Of a stretch of DNA of 64,000 nucleotides, positions 1-9,720 are shown piece after piece (position 1 is the first letter of the stretch; the number at the start of each line of letters is the position of its first letter). The notes under the pieces are model-generated. The model was not told where the DNA came from, searched no databases, and saw only the letters and a program-made list of their open reading frames with translations. The stretch spans positions 476,408 through 540,407 of the forward strand of contig JAXGNG010000003.1 in assembly GCA_040768125.1 (NCBI GenBank), in the 5' to 3' direction. The DNA comes from Spirochaetota bacterium (GTDB taxonomy: Bacteria > Spirochaetota > UBA4802 > UBA5550). The position numbers and the translations under genes are program-made.

Positions 1-1
1 T

Positions 2-295
2 ATCGTGTATGGCGGCGATTACGGCGATTATTTCTGGATTGGTATCCCGGGAAAGATGTACCACAGAGTATCAGAGGAGATTGGCAGAGATCTTGAGCAG
101 ATCCCCGGATTCGAGCTTCTTGAGATGGGCACCGTGCCCTTTGTTCCGCTTGTGCCTGAATTTTTGTATGATTTTGGCCGTATCGGCGAATATTGTGAGG
201 ATGAGCGTGCAGGTACAACGTACCGGGATAAAAACTGGGATTCGGGTCTCAACCTGGAGGGGAGGGGCTGGATTCCGGAGGGGTATCTGGATTGA
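2..295 (+). CDS. Hypothetical protein, 3' end of a gene running in from the left edge
   Basis: Frame is open from base 2 to TGA at 295; no family recognised. Confidence 0.5.
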   Translation: MVYGGDYGDYFWIGIPGKMYHRVSEEIGRDLEQIPGFELLEMGTVPFVPLVPEFLYDFGRIGEYCEDERAGTTYRDKNWDSGLNLEGRGWIPEGYLD

Positions 296-322
296 GAATC
301 CGAAGGTGGATATCGAACTATC

Positions 323-351
323 TTGACAAAACACATGCAATTTTTCATAAT
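323..351 (+). promoter_or_regulatory. Sigma70-type promoter for the DUF262 gene cluster
   Basis: TTGACA (323-328), 17 nt spacer, CATAAT (346-351), about 100 nt upstream of the ATG at 451. Confidence 0.7.
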
Positions 352-450
352 TTTGGCGGGGGTCCCGTCTAAATCAAGCACGAGGATGTTATATGCTGAT
401 ATAAAGTCCTGTGCGGGCTGATCAATTAATTATATGAAAAGGATAATTTA

Positions 451-2418
451 ATGTCTGGTGCGAATAACAGAAAAACACGGCTGATGTCAGTTCAGCAGAT
501 CATCGACGAAACAACGAAAGTGAACAGCTGGAAGCTCAGTGTCGCCCAGCGGGCTTTTGAATGGGACATCCAGCGCGTGACAAACTTGGTGGATTCCCTT
601 CTGCGTGGCTTTCCTGTCGGAAGCATACTCGTAATGGACAGCAAGGAGCCGTATTACGATATGGACAGCACGGCCCGTTTCAGGGAGAAAAAGGAATCAA
701 CAACCGGCAATGAATATACTCATATCATTGACGGTCAGCAGCGGTGCTTCGCAATGCGCGCCGCGTTCAACGGCGAAGGGTACCATGATAAAAAGACTGG
801 AAATGTTTTAAGCCTCTTCATCAATATCGCATCGCTCAATAAATCCCTCCGGGAGTTCGATGAAAAGAGAAACCAGAAGTACTATTTTCACTGGAGCGCC
901 CGGAAAGACATCAACGGGCTGAATGACGATGAAAGAAAACAGGAAAAAATTAATTCAAAGGTTCCTTCGGACGGATGGATTTCATTTCATGGTCTCATCC
1001 GCCATATACGCGACGGCATGGCCATCGACGAACTGAGAAAAAAGGCAGGAATTCCACAAGGCGATTCCAGTGATATCGACACAATTCGAGGTATTATTAA
1101 TTCCGTTACTGACGCTCTTGATGGCGAGTGCATTCCGGTGCATTTTCTTAATGAGTTGCACAAGGAGATAGAAGATATTTTCCATGTGTTCATTCGCATC
1201 AATACGAGCGCCCTTGCCCTGGGGCCGGTCGACGTATTTTTCACAGGTGTCAAGAGGGAGTGGAGGGACGCGGAAGAGCACCTTGAGTCGATAGTGAACA
1301 GTGAAAGTATATTCGACCGGAAGGGCGCGATCACATGTCTGGCGCGGTGCGCCGCGAAGTCGCTGGACAGGGGTGCCTTTGATCCGGATGTGCTGCGTCT
1401 CGAGCACCTGCGCCAGGATGCCGCAACGGGCCGCTTTCCGCTTATCGAAAGGATGCGCGAGCTTGCTCCCTATAAAGGCACATCGAAATTCATTGAAGCC
1501 GTATTATGGACCAGCAGGGTTGCGCGTGAGCATCTGTATGCGGCCTCGTCGCAGATTCATCATAATAATCTTATGGCCGTTGTCGGGTGGGCCTTCCAGT
1601 ACGGCCTTTTAAATCCGCTGCCTGATATACATGATGAACAATACTACAAGCCGATTATCGGATTTCTCTTCTGGACGACCATATACGGTTCCAGAATGTA
1701 CGGCCGTGGCAGTTTTGACCGCGGGGTCCTTGAAGCGGCATGGAATGCAGGCGCAAATGGAGCCCCTTTCCCTTATGAACAGGAAGGCATGCAGAAGCTC
1801 TGCTTCAATTATCACTATATAATAAACGAGTACCGGCCGTTCGATCCGCGGCCTTCCAGCATATACTATTCGACAAAAGAAGACGCAAATCACGCCAACG
1901 GCCACAGAATCCACGGTTTAACGCGATCGGGCGGAGCCTCCCTGTTCCTTTCCGTTTTCCAGAAGCTGCGGCATGCGCCTGTAGATATTGACCATCTGCT
2001 GGCGTACAATTACGGATACAACAAATTCCGTAGCGGCAGAACGGTGCTGACATACACAAACTGGCTCAACCTGCTTGGAAATTTCTCGGCGATTGACGCG
2101 AGCGCAAATCGCGTTCTGCAAGACAGACCGCCGTCACTCAAATTTAATCGAGATGACGATTCAGGGCAGACCTATCACAACAAGGATTTTATCAAAACCG
2201 ACTATGGCATTACAGAAGATGAAATGAATGCCTTTCTCGAGATTGAGCGGCTTCTGGAGCTCAAGAAGCAGGAAGAGGCTGGTGGTTTATTTCAGCGAAT
2301 AATGGCAGATCGTACCCTGCGGATTTGGAACACTGTGCTTGATGTGGTGGGATATCCGAGTTTTCTTGAGAAAATTAATGATCAATTGGATGCCGAGAAC
2401 AATATACCAGTTGCATAA
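451..2418 (+). CDS. GmrSD-family (DUF262 + C-terminal HNH/DUF1524-like) modification-dependent restriction protein
   Basis: DUF262 motifs QRAFEW, GFPVGSIL and IIDGQQR. C-terminal DIDH...LGNFSAIDASAN is an HNH-like motif. Confidence 0.8.
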   Translation: MSGANNRKTRLMSVQQIIDETTKVNSWKLSVAQRAFEWDIQRVTNLVDSLLRGFPVGSILVMDSKEPYYDMDSTARFREKKESTTGNEYTHIIDGQQRCFAMRAAFNGEGYHDKKTGNVLSLFINIASLNKSLREFDEKRNQKYYFHWSARKDINGLNDDERKQEKINSKVPSDGWISFHGLIRHIRDGMAIDELRKKAGIPQGDSSDIDTIRGIINSVTDALDGECIPVHFLNELHKEIEDIFHVFIRINTSALALGPVDVFFTGVKREWRDAEEHLESIVNSESIFDRKGAITCLARCAAKSLDRGAFDPDVLRLEHLRQDAATGRFPLIERMRELAPYKGTSKFIEAVLWTSRVAREHLYAASSQIHHNNLMAVVGWAFQYGLLNPLPDIHDEQYYKPIIGFLFWTTIYGSRMYGRGSFDRGVLEAAWNAGANGAPFPYEQEGMQKLCFNYHYIINEYRPFDPRPSSIYYSTKEDANHANGHRIHGLTRSGGASLFLSVFQKLRHAPVDIDHLLAYNYGYNKFRSGRTVLTYTNWLNLLGNFSAIDASANRVLQDRPPSLKFNRDDDSGQTYHNKDFIKTDYGITEDEMNAFLEIERLLELKKQEEAGGLFQRIMADRTLRIWNTVLDVVGYPSFLEKINDQLDAENNIPVA

Positions 2419-2440
2419 TAATAGAAATTATTTTAAGCAT

Positions 2441-3931
2441 ATGACATCAAAACCAATCCACACCCTCAGCAAATCCACCTTCTTGAAGGGCATCCAATGC
2501 CACAAAGCGCTCTGGCTGAACCGCTACCGGCCCGACCTGCGCGATGAGATATCCGCGGATCAGCAGGCCGTGTTCGATCGCGGCCATGACGTGGGCAAGC
2601 TAGCCCGTGATCTCTTTCCCGGAGGGGCAGACTCGTCGCCGGTGGACAGGGACTATGCTGGCGCTATAAAACGCACCGCCGAACTCATTGAGAATGGCGA
2701 AAAGGTCATCTATGAGGCTGCTTTTTTATACAACGGCGTTCTCTGCCTGGGTGACATTCTGGTCAAGGGCAGGGGAGGGTGGAAGCTTTACGAGGTGAAG
2801 AGCTCCACCGGCGTGAAAGATGTTTATCTCCCTGACGCGGCGGTCCAGTACTATATCATGACCGGCTGCGGGATTAAATTAACCGACGTCTCTATTGTCT
2901 ATCTCAATAATCAATACGTGCGTCAAGGCGAGTTGAACCTGAACGAGCTTTTTACCATTGAGAGTGTTCTTGACCAGGCTGAAGGCATGCAAGCGGAGAT
3001 AGTCGAAAAGGTTGATGAATTAAAGAAAATCCTTTCCCGGAAGCAAGTCCCGGATATTGAAATCGGCCCGCACTGCTCTGACCCCTATGACTGCGATTTC
3101 ATAGGCCATTGCTGGGAGCATGTGCCTTCGCCATCGGTTTTTGATATTAACAGGCTCACGACAGAGAAGAAATTCGAATTATATCGCTCTGGCATTGTCA
3201 AGCTTGAGGATATCCCTGAGGACTATCCCCTGAACAATCGCCAACAAATTCAGGTTGATGCTCAAGTATCGGGGAAGAAGCACATTGATAAACAGGAGAT
3301 AGCGCGGTTTCTGAAATTGTTAACCTATCCGCACTATTACATGGATTTCGAGACCTTCATGCCGGCGGTGCCACTTTTTGATAACGCGCGGCCGTACCAG
3401 CAGGTCCCGTTCCAGTTCTGCGTGTATTATCTTGGTGCGAAAGGCACAGAGCCCGAGCTGCGCGAGTTTCTGGCAGAGGCAGGCTCTGACCCGCGAGAAA
3501 CCTTTATCCGAGCCCTTATCGAGGCAACGCCGACGCCTGGGCCGATTGTCGTGTACAACAAAGCTTTTGAAGCAACGCGCATGGCGGAGCTGGCGAGAGA
3601 CTTTACCAAATATGAAGCTGAATTGACCGAACGCCAGGAGCGGCTTGTGGATTTACTGGAGCCCTTCGCTAAAGGTTATTTCTACGATCCGTCCATGGGA
3701 GGGAGCGCCTCGATCAAGGTGGTGCTGCCGGCACTGGTGAAGGACCTGTCGTATAACGGGCTGACCATCAGCGACGGCGGTATGGCGATGCAGGCGTATG
3801 AACATCTGTGGGTGGAAACGGATGCGGAGAAAAAAAAGGAGATTCGCGCTCAGCTCCTGGAATATTGCAAGATGGATACGTATGGGATGGTGAGGATTGT
3901 GGAGGAGTTTGAGAAGTTAATTGCATTATAA
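2441..3931 (+). CDS. DUF2779-domain protein (N-terminal PD-(D/E)XK/Cas4-like nuclease, C-terminal RNase H-like DUF2779)
   Basis: LSKSTFLKGIQCHKALWL, DIL...YEVKSST, CSDPYDCDFIGHCW, YYMDFET, SIKVVLPAL and YCKMDT. Start moved to the ATG at 2441 to avoid overlap with the upstream gene. Confidence 0.8.
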   Translation: MTSKPIHTLSKSTFLKGIQCHKALWLNRYRPDLRDEISADQQAVFDRGHDVGKLARDLFPGGADSSPVDRDYAGAIKRTAELIENGEKVIYEAAFLYNGVLCLGDILVKGRGGWKLYEVKSSTGVKDVYLPDAAVQYYIMTGCGIKLTDVSIVYLNNQYVRQGELNLNELFTIESVLDQAEGMQAEIVEKVDELKKILSRKQVPDIEIGPHCSDPYDCDFIGHCWEHVPSPSVFDINRLTTEKKFELYRSGIVKLEDIPEDYPLNNRQQIQVDAQVSGKKHIDKQEIARFLKLLTYPHYYMDFETFMPAVPLFDNARPYQQVPFQFCVYYLGAKGTEPELREFLAEAGSDPRETFIRALIEATPTPGPIVVYNKAFEATRMAELARDFTKYEAELTERQERLVDLLEPFAKGYFYDPSMGGSASIKVVLPALVKDLSYNGLTISDGGMAMQAYEHLWVETDAEKKKEIRAQLLEYCKMDTYGMVRIVEEFEKLIAL

Positions 3932-3990
3932 AAGTATTTAGCTATTAATAAACCATTAGCTGTAAATTAAATATTGCAGGTATTTAACTA

Positions 3991-4929
3991 ATGAAATTAA
4001 AAACGGGTCAATGGTACCCTTCGAGAGATAAGATACGCAAGTATTATGGCGAATATTGGAAGGGCATCTTGTTAAAAAGAAATGAAATAGCGGTTATTTT
4101 AAACTATAGAGGTGCCAAGAGAAAACATTATGATGATTATGTTGATTTAGAAAATGGAATGATATTTTATCTTGGAGAAGGTAAAACTGGAGATCAACAA
4201 GAAAATGCCCGGAACAGAGCATTGATAGAGTTAGCGGGAACGAAAAAAACAATAAAAATATATTTCGATTGTGGTGATATTTTTACCCCCAAGCATTTAC
4301 TTTATATGGGAGATTGGTGTGTAGATAATTTTACCTTTATTAAAATAAAGGGATCTAAGAAATATTATTTTCAATTTTCACCCGGCAGCAATGATGCAAA
4401 GAAAATATTATACTTTCAGTTCGGTACTCAAGGAAAGGATGGGAAATTTGAAAAAAGTCTTATCAGTTTTGCAAAATCTCGTGAACATGTTTACAAAAAG
4501 TTTTCGCATATACTCAGAGCACGAGATTCGATTGCAGGTGAAATCGGAGAATATTTTGCAATTAGTCGATTTAATGAAAGTTATAAATCGAAACCTCTAA
4601 TACGATTGCATGGTAGCAATAAAGACATCGATGCTGTGCAAATTAAATCTGGCAAGACATATGCAATAAAGACAATTGGAAAGTATCCAGCTACAACAAG
4701 CAATATTTGGTCAAAAGATATTGTCAATGCAGTGGATTTTTTTATTATAGTCCACCTTGATCCATTTAAATTATGTCCAATATTTATTGTCATGATATCA
4801 ACTAAGATGGCATCTAATGTTGGGCTGCAAAAAGATAAATACCAAGGTTCGTATAAATTAAGAGTAAATCAAAAATTATTGAAAAAATCAAAGTTTTTAT
4901 TTGGTGATAAAAATAAATGGCTCAGTTAA
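3991..4929 (+). CDS. SRA/YDG-like domain fused to a PD-(D/E)XK nuclease; putative modified-cytosine-dependent restriction endonuclease
   Basis: N-terminal YDDY...IFYLGEGKTGDQ...RNRAL is SRA-like. C-terminal GEIGEYFA...DIDAV...YAIKT has a nuclease pattern. AT-rich gene. Confidence 0.6.
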   Translation: MKLKTGQWYPSRDKIRKYYGEYWKGILLKRNEIAVILNYRGAKRKHYDDYVDLENGMIFYLGEGKTGDQQENARNRALIELAGTKKTIKIYFDCGDIFTPKHLLYMGDWCVDNFTFIKIKGSKKYYFQFSPGSNDAKKILYFQFGTQGKDGKFEKSLISFAKSREHVYKKFSHILRARDSIAGEIGEYFAISRFNESYKSKPLIRLHGSNKDIDAVQIKSGKTYAIKTIGKYPATTSNIWSKDIVNAVDFFIIVHLDPFKLCPIFIVMISTKMASNVGLQKDKYQGSYKLRVNQKLLKKSKFLFGDKNKWLS

Positions 4930-5080
4930 AATTTGATATAATATATTTCCGCTTAATATTCTATATTCGGCTGTATGTGTTCCCTGTGTGTTTTTCATGA
5001 TTTAAGTTGAATAAGGGCGGGTCGGTGAATGACCAGACCTATTATTATGTGGATAGTTTTATACAGTTCAAACCTTTCTT

Positions 5081-5110
5081 TTGCGGTTTATTACGGTTTA
5101 TTGCGGTTGA
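5081..5110 (+). repeat. Three tandem 10-bp direct repeats TTRCGGTTKA overlapping the -35 box
   Basis: TTGCGGTTTA, TTACGGTTTA, TTGCGGTTGA; a fourth CGGTTTA core at 5125-5131. Confidence 0.85.
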
Positions 5111-5135
5111 CAGTCGTAAAGGATCGGTTTAGAAT
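5107..5135 (+). promoter_or_regulatory. Sigma70-type promoter of the DISARM operon
   Basis: TTGACA (5107-5112), 17 nt spacer, TAGAAT (5130-5135). Confidence 0.8.
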
Positions 5136-5219
5136 GATTTTTGTCCATTAAACAATCAGAAATTCATTTTATATGTATAGTAAAAGAAATATACAGAAGT
5201 CCCGGAAGGAGTTTTGTAA

Positions 5220-5423
5220 ATGACTGAAATTGATGACCGATGGGTGTCTGTGGATGAAATATCCAGATATCTAGGTATCAGTTGTGATACCGTTTATCGA
5301 TGGATAGAAAAACATAGTATGCCTGCACATAGAATGGGACGGTTGTGGAAATTCAAGAAAAACGAAGTTGATACTTGGGTCAAAGCAGGTGGAGCTACAT
5401 CTAATAACAGGAAAACCATTTAG
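5220..5423 (+). CDS. Excisionase-like HTH_17 DNA-binding protein (Mad1-like regulator)
   Basis: RWVSVDEISRYLGISCDTVYRWI...PAHRMGRLWKFKKNEVDTWV; GAAGGAG RBS upstream. Confidence 0.85.
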   Translation: MTEIDDRWVSVDEISRYLGISCDTVYRWIEKHSMPAHRMGRLWKFKKNEVDTWVKAGGATSNNRKTI

Positions 5424-5439
5424 ATAGGTATTGAAAGGA

Positions 5440-6549
5440 ATGAGACAAAAAATGCGTTTTAAAAGTGGGATATATTCCAAACGTAAAATATATGCCGTGG
5501 ACCTCTTTTGCGGAGCTGGTGGATTGACAAACGGCCTTGAAAAATCCGGTATCGATGTTCGACTCGGTGTCGATATCGATCCCGCATGTGAATATCCTTA
5601 TTCGGCAAATAACAAGGCAGATTTTCTACTTAAATCGGTCGAAGAGCTCGAAACCCGAGATTTTAAAACTGCATTCCGGAAAAATGGCATATGTCTTTTG
5701 GCAGGATGTGCACCTTGTCAAACCTTTTCAAAATATAACCAGAAGGCAACCCCGGAAGATAAACGCTGGTGGTTGCTACTTCAATTCTCTCGTCTTGTTA
5801 AGGAACTCTCTCCCGAGTTGGTGACAATGGAAAATGTACCTGGACTCGTTGAAAGGGATGTGTTCAAAAAATTTATTGGTGTTCTAAAAAGAACTAATTA
5901 TTATTTGAGTATTACAATAGTCAATTGTGAGGATTATGGTGTTCCTCAACATAGACAGAGGCTAGTTCTATTGGCATCGAAACTTGCACCTATTAGTTTG
6001 TTGTCTCCTGTTGAATTCGGGGCTGATCGCATAACTGTTCGTGAAAGTATCGAGAATTTGCCACGATTGAGGGCTGGTGAGACTCATGGGGACGATCCAC
6101 TGCATCAGGTTTCGACATTATCAGAAATCAACATGAAACGTATCAAGGCATCACGGCCTGGTGGGACATGGAATGATTGGGATAAGAAATTGGTTGCCGA
6201 TTGTCACAAGAAGAGAAAAGGAAAAACATATCAAAGTGTATATGGGCGTATGTGTTGGGACGAGCCAGCTCCTACAATAACAACGCAATTCTTCGGATTC
6301 GGGAATGGACGTTTTGGGCATCCTCGGCAAAATCGTGCCATCTCGTTGCGAGAAGGTGCAATTCTCCAGAGTTTTCCGAAGAATTATGAATTCGCACCTC
6401 CAGGACAACTCATTTACAAAAAAGCGGTTGGTAGGCTTATTGGCAATGCAGTGCCACCAAAACTCGGAGAAGTGATCGGTCTCAGTATTGTAAATCATGT
6501 CGAAGCATGGATAAAAATGAGAACCCATAAAAAAAGCAATGCAAAGTGA
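5440..6549 (+). CDS. dcm: DNA (cytosine-5) methyltransferase (DrmMII-like)
   Basis: Motif I DLFCGAGG, motif IV GCAPCQ, motif VI ENVPG, motif VIII QHRQR, and motif X IGNAVPP. Confidence 0.92.
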   Translation: MRQKMRFKSGIYSKRKIYAVDLFCGAGGLTNGLEKSGIDVRLGVDIDPACEYPYSANNKADFLLKSVEELETRDFKTAFRKNGICLLAGCAPCQTFSKYNQKATPEDKRWWLLLQFSRLVKELSPELVTMENVPGLVERDVFKKFIGVLKRTNYYLSITIVNCEDYGVPQHRQRLVLLASKLAPISLLSPVEFGADRITVRESIENLPRLRAGETHGDDPLHQVSTLSEINMKRIKASRPGGTWNDWDKKLVADCHKKRKGKTYQSVYGRMCWDEPAPTITTQFFGFGNGRFGHPRQNRAISLREGAILQSFPKNYEFAPPGQLIYKKAVGRLIGNAVPPKLGEVIGLSIVNHVEAWIKMRTHKKSNAK

Positions 6550-9500
6550 AATACCTGAAGATATCGGTTTTGAATCTGAAGATTATCGACGGCATCGTAT
6601 TGTTCCTGAACCGGGACAGCTGGTCGAAGTAAGACGACGCCAGTGGATTGTTGGTGATGTACAAGCATCTGCTATATCGTCATCGGGAAATGGGAGGCAG
6701 CATCTAGTTACACTGACCGCCCTAGATGAAGATTCTCTCGGAGAAAGTGTGCAAGTCTTGTGGGAATTGGAACCAGGGGCTCATATACTGGAAAGAGCGG
6801 GTCTTCCGAAAATCACCGGTTGGGACAATTCTGAAAAACTCGAAGCTTTTCTCGATGCAGTTCGCTGGGGAGCCGCTACAAATGCAGATAGGTCTTTTAT
6901 TCAGTCACCGTTCCGTAGTGGAATCACAATTGAAGACTATCAACTCGATCCTCTCGTCCGTGCAATCGACATGGCGCGAGTCAATCTGCTGATCGCCGAT
7001 GACGTAGGATTGGGAAAGACCATCGAAGCGGGTCTGGTGATTCAGGAACTTCTTGTGCGTCACCGAGCGAGATCCGTAATGATCGTCTGTCCCGCGTCTC
7101 TGCAGGTCAAATGGCGGACAGAGATGCAGGAGAAGTTCGGTCTCGAATTTCGTATTGTCGATACGGATTACGTCAAGACACTTCGGCGGGAACGTGGGAT
7201 ACACGCCAATCCGTGGACATCTTTTCCGCGACTCGTCTCATCCATGGACTGGATGAAATCCGGGGAGGGTCTGCGTTTGCTTAAAGATATATTGCCTCCT
7301 CACATGACTTATCCACGAAAATTCGACATTCTCGTGGTCGACGAGGCCCATAATGTCGCTCCTGCCGCAGCGACAAGGTACGCCCTGGAAAGCCAGCGTA
7401 CCCGATTGATCCGCACCTTGGCTCCCCATTTTTCTCATCGTCTGTTTCTAAGCGCAACACCACACAACGGGTATCAAGAATCATTCACATCCCTTCTGGA
7501 ACTACTCGACGATCAACGTTTTGCACGGTCCGTGATGCCTGATGAAAGGCAACTCAATCGGGTCATGGTCAGAAGAATGAAGAGCGACATTGTCGATGCC
7601 GACGGCCAGCCGGTTTTCCCGATCCGACGGCTTCAATGTATAGAAATCGCCTATTCGGATGAAGAACAAAACATCCATCGCTTGCTACACGATTTTACGG
7701 CCGCAAGAACCAGCAGTGTCAAGGGAACGCGGTACGAGTTCGGCACCGACTTTGTACATATGCTGTTGAAGAAGAGATTATTCTCGTCTCCGATGGCTTT
7801 CGCTATTACATTAGCGAAACACAGAGATACTCTGTTGAGAGGTCGCCCCAAGACCGTCTCGTCGTTGGACGAAAGAATACTCCGCAGGGCGATCGTTCGA
7901 AGCGAGGAAGAGTACTCCGACGAATCGAAGGTGGAAGAGGCCCAGATCGAAGCAGTCGAATTGGCGAGCGAGATGGCCGTAGCGCTCGGTGAAACGGAAC
8001 GTGCTATGCTTGACCGGCTCTCCGATTGGGCTGAAAAATATAGAAACCGGGTGGACGCGAAGGCCAATGCCATTCTCCATTGGCTCGAAACCTATCTGAA
8101 ACCTGAAGGACACTGGAACGAAAAAAGAGTCATTCTCTTCACCGAGTATCGTGCTACCCATATCTGGCTTCATCAGATTCTCACGGCCAATGGTTACGGA
8201 GGGGATCGTCTCGCCATCCTGCATGGAAGCATGCGCCCAGACGAACGCGAAGCTGTCAAGGCTGCCTTTCAAACACATCCGATCGTAGCCCCAGTTCGGA
8301 TTCTGTTGGCGACCGATGCCGCATCGGAAGGAATCGATCTCCAAAACCATTGCAACTACTTGATCCATATCGAAATTCCCTGGAATCCCAACGTGATGGA
8401 GCAGCGTAACGGAAGGATCGATCGTCACGGTCAGAGACAGAAGGAAGTTTTTATCTGGCATCCTGTGAGCAAGGGATTCGATCCAAGTGTAATATCTAGA
8501 CACCGGAAGTTAGGTGAAATAGAAGGGGATCACGAGTACCTAATGAGGGCCGTTTTAAAAGTGGATACAATACGGGAGGATTTGGGCAGTGTGGGTCCCG
8601 TCATTGCAAGCCAGATAGAAGAGGCCATGCACGGAAGACGGACCAATCTGGATACCAGTGCCGCCGAGGAGAAAGCGGCGAAAGCGCGTCGTTTTATCGC
8701 TGCAGAGCGAAAGCTTCAGGAAAAAATCGCACGTCTACACGATAAACTCGTTGAGGCGAAGACAGATTTTCATCTCGCCCCGGAAAATGTGCATCGTGCA
8801 GTCGAGATCGGCCTCGAGCTCGCCGAGAAGCCACCACTGAAATGCTTTTCTATTTCGGATATTCCTGACGGCAAGGTATTCGAAGTGCCGGTTTTGCCCG
8901 GCTCATGGGGACGAGCGACCATCGGACTCGAACACCCTCATACTGGAGTACGACGTCCAATCACATTCGATCACGAAGTGGCGAAGTCGCGTGACGATGT
9001 GGTTTTGGTTCATCTCGAACACAAGTTGGTTCAGATGAGCCTCCGTTTGTTGCGTGAAGAAATCTGGAAACTTGATGATGTCAAATTACTACATCGAGTT
9101 GCCGTTCGAGCAGTTCCTGACGATGAACTCGATTTGCCTATGGTAGCCATCTGGTCGCGCCTAGTCGTGACAGGCGGTGGCCACCATCGACTACACGAGG
9201 AATTGACTCTCTCTGGTGGTGATCTTGAACACAAGTCTTTCAGAAGGATCACACAGGTGAGTAAACTCGAAGAACTCGTGGGCAAGGCCATGCCTACTGC
9301 TCTCGATAATGATCTCTTCGAAATCCTCAAGGACAGATTCGATAGTCACGAGAAAGCGATCCTGGCAGCTGTGGAGGCCCGTTCTCGTGATCGTTTGAAA
9401 TACCTGGAGAACACGCTGAATCGTCGAAAAGAAAGCGAGATCGCCGATCTAACGGCCGTTCTTGATGATCTGGCAAAGAGCATCCGGAAAGAACTCACAG

Positions 9501-9718
9501 ATTCCAGTCTGCAAACCGTGCAATTGACAATCTGGCCAGAGGACGAGCGCAACCAATTGAAGCAGGATATCGAGGCGTTGAAAGCCAGACTCGCCCGTAT
9601 TCCTGAAGAGGAGAAAAACGAGGTTACTGCAATCGAGAGCAGCTATGCCAATCCCACTGCCCGAACGTTTCCCGTCGCCATTCTTTTTATAGTGCCAATT
9701 TCGTGGAGTGGAAAATAA
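6539..9718 (+). CDS. drmD: DISARM SNF2-like helicase DrmD
   Basis: PEPGQLVEVRRRQW N-terminus, LIADDVGLGKT, VVDEAH, LSATPHNG, ATDAASEGIDLQ and EQRNGRIDR. Overlaps the dcm stop. Confidence 0.92.
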   Translation: MQSEIPEDIGFESEDYRRHRIVPEPGQLVEVRRRQWIVGDVQASAISSSGNGRQHLVTLTALDEDSLGESVQVLWELEPGAHILERAGLPKITGWDNSEKLEAFLDAVRWGAATNADRSFIQSPFRSGITIEDYQLDPLVRAIDMARVNLLIADDVGLGKTIEAGLVIQELLVRHRARSVMIVCPASLQVKWRTEMQEKFGLEFRIVDTDYVKTLRRERGIHANPWTSFPRLVSSMDWMKSGEGLRLLKDILPPHMTYPRKFDILVVDEAHNVAPAAATRYALESQRTRLIRTLAPHFSHRLFLSATPHNGYQESFTSLLELLDDQRFARSVMPDERQLNRVMVRRMKSDIVDADGQPVFPIRRLQCIEIAYSDEEQNIHRLLHDFTAARTSSVKGTRYEFGTDFVHMLLKKRLFSSPMAFAITLAKHRDTLLRGRPKTVSSLDERILRRAIVRSEEEYSDESKVEEAQIEAVELASEMAVALGETERAMLDRLSDWAEKYRNRVDAKANAILHWLETYLKPEGHWNEKRVILFTEYRATHIWLHQILTANGYGGDRLAILHGSMRPDEREAVKAAFQTHPIVAPVRILLATDAASEGIDLQNHCNYLIHIEIPWNPNVMEQRNGRIDRHGQRQKEVFIWHPVSKGFDPSVISRHRKLGEIEGDHEYLMRAVLKVDTIREDLGSVGPVIASQIEEAMHGRRTNLDTSAAEEKAAKARRFIAAERKLQEKIARLHDKLVEAKTDFHLAPENVHRAVEIGLELAEKPPLKCFSISDIPDGKVFEVPVLPGSWGRATIGLEHPHTGVRRPITFDHEVAKSRDDVVLVHLEHKLVQMSLRLLREEIWKLDDVKLLHRVAVRAVPDDELDLPMVAIWSRLVVTGGGHHRLHEELTLSGGDLEHKSFRRITQVSKLEELVGKAMPTALDNDLFEILKDRFDSHEKAILAAVEARSRDRLKYLENTLNRRKESEIADLTAVLDDLAKSIRKELTDSSLQTVQLTIWPEDERNQLKQDIEALKARLARIPEEEKNEVTAIESSYANPTARTFPVAILFIVPISWSGK

Positions 9719-9720
9719 CG

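Noticed and set aside
352-450. Possible attL or tRNA fragment (GGCGGGGGTCCCG) near the left edge
   Set aside because: It does not match the tRNA-Asp 3' end beyond a G-run, and island-like genes continue to base 1.
2441-3931. Cas4 or CRISPR-associated locus
   Set aside because: No repeat-spacer array or other cas genes were seen in the window; the protein fits DUF2779.
5220-5423. HTH gene as island excisionase or as evidence of a full MADS system
   Set aside because: It is 33 kb from the recombinases and heads the DISARM operon, and the other MADS components were not recognised.
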